From Carcharhinus amblyrhynchos (taxonomy: Eukaryota): a stretch of 64,000 nt of DNA. This document shows, in pieces, positions 25,501 through 37,500 of the stretch. Location: positions 57,164,001-57,228,000 of the forward strand of contig OZ336881.1 of assembly GCA_965287045.1 (NCBI GenBank), given 5' to 3'. Both the position numbers and the translations under genes were made by a program. The notes beneath the pieces were generated by a model, which saw only the letters and a program-made list of their open reading frames with translations, did no database searches and was not told the DNA's origin. The stretch's first letter is position 1. Each line of letters starts with the position of its first letter.

Positions 25501-28500
25501 CGTGGATGTTCTCACTTTGATTTCAACACACTTCAGATACTTTCCTTATGTTCAACACAAACCATTACTTTCATTAGCAAGCTCACACTTACGAATCTTA
25601 TAAAAAAAAACTCAGTATTCACAGAGTAAAAGTGATGTTACTAAGGTCACCGAATACATTGCAAAGTTATGAAACAATTCTCTTAAGTAAATGTAGCAAA
25701 ACAGAGCAAAATTCACTGGACTACAGAAGAGTCTCATGAGATTCTCCACAATCATGTTCCCTTGAACCAGTAAGGATTCTACATGCAATTGCATGCTCTT
25801 GGGTTTTGCTGCCAGTTTCAGCATTCAAGTGGTTTGGCTTGACAGAAATCTACTAAGGAGCCTAAATTCCAAAATTTTCTGCTAAAAGTTGAACCCAGAC
25901 AATGGAAGAGTAAACAGATGCTTTTTAGCATTAAATACTACTCCTACAGCAGGATTCAGAGGCATCAGGCTAGTTTCTCAGGAACTTGTCTTCAGCTATC
26001 TACCCACTCAGAACAAAGTCAAGCTGTGAAAGCCAGAATTTACTTTTCCTAATTATTTCATTTTGATGATAAAATGTGGGAGAGGGGTGGTAATGACATA
26101 ACCAGCAATGTTCTGCAGCTTGCACCATCATTTCTTCCCAATTAAAGTTGTAACTAAATTTTAGAATTTAGTACAAGATTGGAATTTCATATTCTACTTT
26201 AGTTGATTAAAAACTCATTTGCTTGAATACATGAGAGATGAATACAATGGAATTTTTATTTGTATAAAGTATAAATTCAATTATGCAAACCACTCGTGTG
26301 TTTATTTGGATATGTGCTTTTGTTGCATTCTCTCATATTATGTATTGCTGTATTAAGCATGGTTGGTCACCTAATTTCAAAATGAATTGAGGTGGAAAAA
26401 AACAAACTTGCTACATTTTTTCAGAGTGCAATCAACAGAGCACAAAATTTTGGTGTGCAGCGTATTGCAAGTGATTCACAAGTAATTCCCTGGCTCATGG
26501 AACTGTCTAATTACAGAACATTTGAAAGTAACTGCAGAGAGATATATTAGGGCAAATTTTAACCTGTGGATGTGGGTGGGTTTTGAATGGGTTAAAAACA
26601 GGCACTGAGTCAATAAAGGACGAGGAAAGAAAGAGTGAGAGAAATTACTAACTATAGTGTTCAGGGCCAAGCAACAGATGCTGGACCTGCTAGCGCACAC
26701 TCCTGTCCCATGAAAGAAATCAAATAAAAACGAGAAAGTATAACGACCAATCTCAGTGGCCATTCATCGTTTAAAAAAGGAACTTGGTTCAAATATTTGC
26801 GCTGAGAAGGCCAATCCAGAGAACAATAACTCCAAAAGTATAGACCTAAATACATTGATAGAACAGATACCACTGTTGGGGAATATCTGTGTTCCAAAAG
26901 GAGTGCAACTATCTGATTCATTAACAAATTTAAAAAGTCAATTCCTTGTGGGTGTGAAGGAAATAAATAAAATGTTAACTTAGTCTATAAGTGATGTGGA
27001 GATGCCAGCATTGGACTGGGGTGGGCACAGTAAGAAGTTTCACAATATCAGGTTAAAGTCCAATAGGTTCATTGGGAATAATGAGCTTTCAGAGTACAGT
27101 TCCTTCATCAGGTGATTCCAAATAAACCTAATGGACTTTAACCTGGTGTTGTGAGACTTTGTACTAGTCTATAAGTAACCAGCTTTCCTAAATAACACAA
27201 TTACTAGTTTGGAAATTATACATTAGAAACCAAGTCAGCCTGAAGTAGACAGCACACGAGAAATTAAATCAATTTCTGAAGGACAAAGGTTTGAATATGC
27301 AATAAGGAGGCAGATGGGTGAAGTTCATCAGAAGGGAGGTAAGTGAGATTTTATGTTGCAAAGAAAAACTTGCCATTCATATCAGTAGCTTAGTTACAAT
27401 ATACACATCAGGTCCCAACTCCTTACTTAGGACAGTGAAACTGAAAGTTAAAAGTGACTGTTGATTTGGCCAATTAGAAAAATTACACAAAAAAAACTTT
27501 GCTAAAAATGCAGCACTCTTGATCTCAAAAAGTTTTCCCAATCAGTTGCCATGTTTCCTCGATCACAACAGCACAGTGGCAAAAAAGGCTGAGAAGATCT
27601 TCAGGACACAGAGGGTGTGAAAGGCACTATTTCTTTTCTTTCTTTCTGTATCACAGAACCATCATACAATCCCGATAGTGCAGGAGGAGGTCATTCGAGC
27701 CATCAATTTGCACCAACTCTCCAATAGGCCCTCTCCCCTGCCCTATCCCCATAATCCCACACATTTACCATGGCTAATGCACCTAACCTGCACAACTTTG
27801 GAGGAAACGAGAGCACCCGGAGGAAACCTACGCAGACAGTCATCCAAGGCCAGAACTGAACTGTGAAGCAGCAGTGCTAATCACTATACATGATCAACAT
27901 AAATTGCTGTTCAAAACAAATAATCATGACTTTCAATATTCTTATTGCAAAACAAGTGACAATTATTTTGATAAGTCAGCACAGATGGCTGTAAAATCTT
28001 GTGCTCCATCGAGAACATTATAGTAGCAGGGAGGAAAGCTACATACCAGCATAGTGATAATCTGCCAGTGGATGAGATTTGGCTTTAATAGGCATCTTCA
28101 TCAGTAAAATCTCCACAGCCACCTAGCATAAAAAGGGAAGAGAAGTACTTTAAAACTGCAGGACATTTATTCAATGTCTTGGTAGCATCTTTAAGGACAC
28201 AATAATAAGTGAAACAGATCAGGGGAGCACAACATGCTTTATAGGATCATCCTATTCGAGGGGGCCACTCCATGTTATTCCTGATGCTACATTTTGGCAT
28301 GATGAAAAGTTATTTATATTCTCTTGTGCTAAACTCAAATGCCAGAGTTGATTTCCCTGTGATGAACTACGAAGTATCCAAAACTTCCACCAAAAAAATT
28401 GGGATAGCTAACTTCAGTCATCAGACATGTCGTAAGATGTCACATTATCAGTTTTTCACAAACTGCCTCTTTTGCGAGCAACACACCACATAACAGACGG

Positions 28501-31500
28501 AAAAGTTTAAATCAAATATTTGAATCAATTCAATCGGCTATTACACATGTGAAAGAGTTAAACCAATTATTCAACCAATGAGGCTCTAATGTTGTTCTTA
28601 AATTTTTCGCTGTGGGGTGTCAGTAGAAATGCCTTGTTAAAAAACATTTGGTGTCAGCTCTTTGCTGTCCAACACAGAACTTCTAGCATAAGACTACTTT
28701 AAATTTAGCAGCTAAACTGACAGTGATAACTAAATAAAACAGATGCTAAACAAACTCTGAACAACAAGTATACATTTTGCTTGCAAAGCAACACAAGTCT
28801 GACTGATTTATTTGGTATAAAAGTTGCCTTCTCCTTTTAGATGTCTAAAAAAATAGGAGTAGGCCATTTGGGCCTTCGAGACTGCTCTGTCATTTATTTT
28901 GGTCATGGGCGATCATCAAATTCAATATCCTGAGAGCATCTTCCCCCGTTGACATTTTCCTTTCCTGTTCCCAAACTTTGACCATTATTTGCTATCAATA
29001 CACAATGACAGAGACTTGACTGATGATTCCTACGATCCTCACAATGTCCTCTAAGCTCTATGCTGTCAGCCATACAAATGAAACAAATAATTACACAATA
29101 AAACGTTAACTGGTTGTTTTTACTCCCCCCCCCCAATGCTAATCAACTTGTGGATTTCTAGTGCCTCTAATTTGTACTTCACATTTCCACAATTGTGTTT
29201 TTCTTCTTTCATTAATGTATGCAATGCATTCATGCAAACAATGAATAAAGATGCTTTTCTGGAGGGTTGCTCCTCAGGCTAGTGAATTACTTCTACAGTT
29301 ATTAAAATATAAATGTTCTTTATATTGTAAAATCTATTAAAACAGAGTTGGCCAAGTGGTTTAATTGTCAGGCATTCCTCAATTGTACTTTTAGTAACAG
29401 TCCTGAAGAAGTTAAATAAAAAAGATTTTGCTGTTGTAAAATGAAATGGAAGCATTTGGTTTTAATTACAAGTAGCTGTAAAAATGTATTAAAATCTGGA
29501 TTCTTGACAATCTGTTTTCCCTGTGACGTCTAGTATCAGTGCACTTTATTAAATGTTAAATACATGTTGTGCAAGAATCATGTTATCTCAGTTAGAAACC
29601 AGCAATCAGAACATGGTTTAATATCATGCTTACCAAAATATTACCATCTGCCTCAAAAAGACAATGTAGGGCAAGTTCTCGATTTGTCCCCCCGCCTGGT
29701 AGCACGCTAGAACACGCCATGTTCAGCAGATCTTCCACTATAAAAAAGGTATAAAATCAATTTAATACAATTTTAAAATTTTTCACTGATATTATTAATT
29801 TCATGCACAAAATCAAGTAATGGAAGTTTCTATGCTCTGATTAAAAATAACAATAGTCCACAATAGTCACCAACCAATGACAGAACAGATAGCTGATCAT
29901 TTATCACATATGTGTTTGTTGGATTCTATTTTCAGATTTACATTAGCACTGAAGAAGAATTTAGCATGGCCAATGCACTTAACCAGCATTTCGCTGATAC
30001 TTTGTAGGAACCTGGAGCACCGGGAGGAAACTCATGCCAACATGGGGAGAATGTACAGACTCTGAACAGATAGTGAGCCAAGTCAGGAATCGAACCCAGG
30101 TCCCTGGTGCTCCGAGGCAGCAGTGCTAATCACTGCGCCACCACGCCGTCCATAATTTGCTGTGCATAAACAGCTGTTTTCATGTATAACAGCTCCAAAA
30201 AGTACCCCAAAAACCATGAAGCACTTGCAACTATTTTGAAGATGTAAAAGGTAACATGTAAAGGCAAGTTTTCTTTTTCTGCAAGTATATGAGAATACAA
30301 CATATCTTTGATGTTTTTATTTTAACAAATGGAGTTGTGGCAAAACTGCATTTAAAAAATCCCCTTGGATTTAATTGATGAACCACCTGATAAGTATTTA
30401 TATATCTTGCAGCCAATATTGTACTTCCAAACTTTTAATGATTTTCTACATCTGTCCAAAGTAAAGTTTATTTATTAGTCACAAGAAGGCTGACACTAAA
30501 ACTGCAATGAAGGTACTGTGAAAAATTGCTTTGAATTTTGGGCAGATAGACATTTCCAGAAAATTATTTAAGTTTATTTAATAATGTATTTTCAATCTTC
30601 CTGTATAGGCTGAATACATTCTTATTATTTAATACTCGTCTACGTTATGTGCTCTTGTCGGTTATGTGTGTATAACTATGTCTCCCTTTGTTATAGTCAT
30701 ATAATTTCTATTTCTTTGAGATTGCACGTGTAATTCTGCTCCTCCTAAACCCAGCTCCTATGTGCCTTGGCTTGTTTTGTTATCCATCTTGATGGGGGTA
30801 GTATAGAAGTTTTAGTATGAGGCCCTTCATTTTAATTTTACCATAGTAAGTAAACTAGGTTAAGGTAATTGTAAAGTGCCTTAATATAGTGAGAATTCAC
30901 AATGTGCCTGGAACAAAATATGCAAAGGTAATATAAACTGCAAAGGTATGATAAACTGTACAACCACAAATTAACCAAGTATTATAAGCTTAAACTGTAA
31001 TTTCAATATATATGTATTGTGCGCCTTGGCCAACTTTGTTCTGAATGCAGCATGATGGGAAACACAGTGGTAGACAGGCTGGATTCTTTTAATACAATGA
31101 AGCATACAAAGGCAACTTCTCTCATCTGTTTTTGGATACATGAAAACAAGTTTAATCATAGACCTGCTATTTAAGGGAGTAAATTCATTCATGGGTAGCA
31201 AGACTGGGGCAGTCTCTCAAGCTGATAAAGGAGGCCCAGTGAAAAAGTGACTCCTTTCACCAATTAAAAATCGGAGATCTTAATAATGGCCTTGTTTACT
31301 GCATTAGATTTCCTAGGTAAAGGGGGAGGAATCTACATTGGCAATAAGCTCCTATTCCTGTTGACAGGTGGAAAGTTATTGGCTAAGGTAATAATGTTGA
31401 ATATTTTGATCAGGCCCTCTAGTTTTGATTGATAAGACTGGGTAGGATATTGAAATATTCAGAAGATAATAATTTTGTCTGACAATGATAGCTCAGAGAG

Positions 31501-34500
31501 GACAGTCAACTGTCACTGACTGTGTCTCTCTCTCCTCATACATGTATTAGCAAATAAATTCCTTTTCGTTCTTTAACTATATACTGTTATATACAGTCTA
31601 CGTATTGGCTGAGTGAGGTTCAACAAGTACAGAGCATCCCAGGAGATACCTGAGAAAATTCCTCTTACACACCTCATTTTAGCCCACATCACCAACATCA
31701 CCCCTAGTTCCCCCGAAATAACTGGTGCTCCAACGTGCCTTGCCATTTGTGATATTGTTTGTTATAAATGGCAGTTCTTATAAACAGTATTACTCTGGGT
31801 TCAGTCATTACATTTCTTTGGATCATAAATTTTCAGTTGGGACCAGTGTTTCCACTAGCCCTTCCCTTTCATATTGATACATGCACGTGTTGCTGTCATG
31901 GGCACATCATAGGGTCCTGTCCATTTCAGGATGAATTCTGTTTGTTCAGAGCTGAAACTAAAATCATCTCTTGTCTGCAATACAGCTTGATTGACCTTAC
32001 TATTCTATGATTAAGTTAAAAAAATCTTGTATAATATACCAGCACTGTCGATTCTACTTAACACAAAATGCAATTTCAGGCTGAAGTTCTTGAAGGGTCA
32101 GAAGGCCACATTCTGATCGCAGCTGCATTGTCAGTGATAGATATCAAGCAGAGGCCACACTGTATTTGACAGGGAGGAAAAGGGACAAACGTAACAAAAA
32201 AAAGGAACCTCACTCGGCCCCAAGGATAGCCTCAAGACGGTACTTGAACTTAGAAAGATAGTCTACCCACTCCTTTTAAATGTGAAAGCATCAAGATACA
32301 GGATAAGAAATAAAAGGTGAAAGAATGTCAAATCTTCCTCCTCTGCTCCAACCAATCACCCTCTCATTTCTCAGAGGCGTCAACTCCTGGTGAGGTAGGG
32401 CAGCCCAAACACAAGTGACCAGCAGCATATTACTGAAGTGGCTGTTATTATCTTCAAGCATGGGAACCAAGTGTTTACTCGTTACCATCTGAAATCCACA
32501 CAGTCATCGAATACCTACAGTGCAGTAGGATGATATTTAGCCTATTGTGTCTATACTGACTCTCTGACAGGTCATCTTACCCAGGCCCTATCCTTGTAAT
32601 CCCATGTATTTACCACACTAATTCCCCTTAACCTACATATCTTGCCCTATGGGGCAATTTGGCATGGCCTATCCATCTACCTTGCATATCTTTGGAGTGT
32701 GGAAGAATCAAAGCACATGGAAGAAACCCGTGCAGACAGTGGGAGAACATATACACTCCACACAGACACTCATCTGAGGCCAGAATTGACCCCAGGTCTC
32801 TGGCACCGTGAGGTAGTAGTGCTAACCACTGTGCACTTAAGAGTATTGGATCAGGAAAACAACTATACTTTTCTACTCCCTAAACTATAGATGTCAAAAT
32901 ACAGTTATGCCTAATGACACACCCAGCTCAACAGGGACCTCCCTGCTTTGTCCAGCTCAGCAATGTATCATACAATTCATATATTAATCAAGATATTTAG
33001 CTCCATTTCAGTATATTATTTAGAAAGTGATTTTAAAAATGCATCTGGGTGGAAGAAAGAGATTTTAAAAATGCATCTGGGTGGAAGAATGAGAACAACG
33101 TTGTAAAAATATGTCTATTTGATCAGAAATCCAGGACTTTTTAATTTCCCCACAATGCAGCAGATATGTTGATATTATGTGGATTTGGAAATTGGTAGCA
33201 AGTTGGATGATGTCAGTACTGATATGTCAACGAGTGACTCCAGAAGGTTGGTGCCTTGTGTCTCCTGGTGTTGACCAAGGGACTGTCACTGGCTGAATAA
33301 AGTCCAGTACCCAGCTGTAACTGAACTTGAAAATAAAATCATTGATGCCGTCCTAAACTACAACAGCAAGCAATCACTGCCAACCAAGTTGCTTTCGGGT
33401 GTTTGCAAGACTGTGGAAAGAATATTAAAACAAAAAGTTATACCAGGTAGGAGATTTAAACAGGTATTAAACATAGAACTGTAGTTTACAGGGAAAATTA
33501 CTCCACTTGATTCAAGTATTCTCAATGAAACTATTCGGTGTAACATGCTGAGGTGCAAAGCAGCGTTTACTGTAGTCACCATACCTTTTTGTTGTACCTC
33601 TGGATCATCCAATTCACACCAAGGCTTCCACACCAAGTCAGCTTTGGAGACATCTTTTACAACCAATGCCCGATCTTGCAATGCTGGAATCGCTGCCTGA
33701 AACCGCACTCCCATATTGATTCGCCTAGCAAAACGAATAAATACTTCAGTATTTATCAGCACAGATTAAATGGCTACAGGTAGATACAAATTCCATTGGC
33801 TCAGTCCATGTTTCACAACCCCTCTAAAAACAGAAAATGGAATAACAATACTTGATATGCCATATCAGGCCACCTCAAATGGAATGGTGTAAGAGTGAAA
33901 CAAAATATTGACATTTAACTTAAAAGACACAATTACATTTCCTACTGGAATTTATCTTTTGCACAGCATAAGTAGCAATCAGCAGTAAAATTAATTTTCT
34001 AAATGAGTTTGAAATTTCCAAGATCAGTTTGAAACCTTGCTACTTCTCAATTGGGGATGTTTATAAACACAAACTAATTTATACATATTTAACCAAAGCC
34101 AGAATATCACCAGCAATATTTTTTCCTCTTTGCACCATTACTTTTGGTACCCCCAAAGATGAATTCTGGGTCTTTTCCTATTTCTAATCATCTGGAAAGC
34201 AAGTGTCAGTTTCCACCGTGTACACTGAACAGACTTAGCTTTGCATCACCACCAAATCTCTTGGCTCTTCCAAATTCAGCTAAGTACCACCCTGCTTGCC
34301 CAACATCCAGTAAGCAGAAATTTCCCCCCAACCAAACATTGGGAACAGCATCCTTCCTTCCACCTGGCAACAATCTTGGGACTGACTGAGACAATTTGCA
34401 AACTTGGGTGTTGGATTTAACCCCAAGACATTCTTTCAACCACATATCCATGTCATCATGATAACTGCCTATTTCCACCTCTATAACATCACCTGACTCC

Positions 34501-37500
34501 ACCTCTGCTTCAGCTCATCAGCTTTTAAAATCCCCATCCCTTTGTTACCTCTGATTTTGTTTAATTTTACTAAACCATACATTTCCAAGCTAAGCTGCAC
34601 AGCTTCAACTTTAATGACCCAAGGCAGCAAAGCAATGTTTTGCCAAGATTCAGGCACTATACCATTTCTTGGTTAATTTTTCTGTCTGAACCATCAGCCT
34701 CTTAAGAAAATGTGATCTTTCAAAACACAAATGTTGCATGTCCGAATCCAAGTTCTGTTCACCCGTCACCCTTGTCTCTCCTGACCTACGTTGGTTCCTG
34801 GTTCAGCAGTGCCTTGATTATAAAATCCCCCTCACTGCTCCATATGTCTATCACCACCTTCTCTGCACAACCCTCAAAATATGTGAGCTCACCTACATCT
34901 GGAGACTAGCATCCTATGTTTTAATTATACACCATTGGCGGTCATCCCTCAGCTGCCTCTGCTCAAAGCTCCACAATTCCTTCCCTAAACCTCCCCACCT
35001 CTATTTCCTCCTTCAAGATGTTCTTCAAATCTACTTCTTTTATCAAGCTTTTGGCCAAACTGCATTAATGTCACCTCTCATGAGTCAGTGATAAATTTTG
35101 CTTTCTTAATGCTGCTACAAATGGCCTTGGGACATTTAATTAAGAGTTGTTACTGTTGAATCCGAACAATATCTGATTATAGTTTGGCAGAAATATATCC
35201 TCCCTGTATTCAAAGTTAAATTCTGACAGTGAGCAACTAACAAATTCTGTTTAAGACCTATTTCATGGGAACAAATAGGATGAAGGCAAATATTCAGATT
35301 TTTAAAATTGAAACTCAATGCTAGCATTGAATTATTTTCAGCTGTTTCATGGTGTTACACGGCTGCAATATCAAAAAGAGTTAGAAGAATCCCAAATGCA
35401 ACATAAGTTTGTACATACATACTAGGAAGAATTGGCTGTTTCATGCCAGACACAATTATATTCAATAAGAATATTCAATTAGTTTTTTTGAAATGCCAAG
35501 GCTGCTGGATTGCCTCAATATTGACATTCAGTTTATTTACCAAATTGACACGAGAGAAATAACTCGGGTGCTCTTTTCTGCTGCTCATTTCCATAAATTC
35601 TTCCAACTTCTGTCACAAGAAGTGACAAATCTGTTTCCAGCAATACTTCAGTCTCGTGCTGTGAGCTCTAAATGCTCTCCGCATGAAGTATAGAAGCGCA
35701 TTCAATTTAGTTCCACTGCTGCATTTTTCATTTTTAAAATTTAATTCCAATACAATCATGGACAACATTATCGGTTAGGGTTTGCTCAATTTTACTGAAC
35801 AGTTCACATTTCCAAGTGAGTCTATGCTATATCGACTTGAACAATACAAAGTGACAAGGCAACTTTTTTCTCCAGATTCGGATGCTATATAATTTCTTGG
35901 TTGAGGTAATTTTTCAGATATAAACATATCTAAACAATTTAGAGAAATCAGAGAATGACAACACAAAAACTATATTATTAGTCCTCAGCTCTGCCCCTTT
36001 CCCATTCTCTTGGAAATATTTCCCTTTCAAATACTTGCCCAATTCTCCTTGAAAAAATTACTCAAGTTGGGACTTAACCAGTAATTCAAAAGTATAGCAT
36101 AAAATCCAAACGTTTATACCTGATACCTATTTTGAAAATTAAATCTTTTTTCATGTTTCTTAATGGGACGTGGGTGTCGTTGGCTAAGCCAGCATTTATC
36201 GCACATCACTAATTGCCCTCAAGAAGATGGTGATGAGCCACCTTTCTTGAACTACTGCAGTCCATCTGATGTAGGTACATCCACAGCTCTGCTAGGAAGG
36301 AAGCTGCAGGATTTTGACCAAGTGACAGCCAAGGAATGGTGATAAAGTTCCAAGTTAGGATGGTCTGTGGCTTGGAGAGGAATCCATGTGGATGAGGTTG
36401 CACATCTGGAAGGTGCAGTCAAAGGCGCCTCAAGGAATTGCTGTAGTGCATCTTGTAGCTGGTACACATTGCTGCCAATATGCATTGGTGGAAGAATGTT
36501 TATAGTGGTGGATGGGGTATCAATTAAGTGGTTGCTTTATCCCAGATGCCATCTACTTCTTGGAGTGTTGCTGAAGCTGCACTCGTCCATCGTACTTCTG
36601 ACTTGTACCTTGTAGATGACAGCAAGATTTTGGGGAATCAGGAGGTAGTAGTGTCATGATATTATCATTGGACTAGCAATCCAGAGACCAGGGAATGCTC
36701 TGCGGACCCAGGTTCAAATCTGACCATGGCAGATAGTGAAACCTGAATTCAATAAAAATCTGGAATTCAGAGTCTAATTATGACCATGAAACCATTGTTG
36801 ATGGTCATAAAGAAACTGAATTGGTTCACTAATGTCCCTTAGGAAGAAAATCTGCCATCCTTACCTGATCTGGCCCACATGTGACTCCAGACATTACCTT
36901 CAACAACAATGAAGATCAGGCAATAAATGTTGGCCTAGCCAGCAAGGCCCACATCCCAAGAACGAATTAAAAAGACATTACTGGGCAATTTCTCACACTG
37001 TCAGGAGCACAGCAGTATTGTAGTTGCATTGGAACAGGTTGGGCAAGATGTGGCTAGTGCTGCAGCACGAATCTTCAATACTATTGCCAGAACTCTGGCC
37101 ATTTCTAGATATCAAGTGAAGTGAATGGAATTAGCTGAAGATGGAAGTGGAGGTTGAGATGGATCACCCACTCAACACATCTGACTGAAGATGGTTAGAA
37201 ATGCTTCAGCTTCATCTTTAGCGTTGATAAGCTGGGCTCCCCAATATGGAGGATGGGGATGCTTGTGGAAACTCCTGCTCCAGTTAGCATTTTTTTACTT
37301 GTTCACCACCATTCATGACTAGGTGTGGCAGGACTGCAGAGCTTTTATCTGATTCACTCATTATGTGATCGCTTAGCTGTGTCTTTCGTTTGCTGCTTCT
37401 GCTGTGTGGCATGCAAGTAGTCAAATTTTGTAGCTCCACCAGCTGGTTCGGTATGCCTGGTGTTGCTCCTTACATACCCACCTGCACTCTCCATTAAACC

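Noticed and set aside
5265-27164. Strand bias of hammerhead cores toward the gene sense strand
   Set aside because: Few copies, foldback elements are partly symmetric, one lies outside the gene and one relic (~10900) is on the plus strand.
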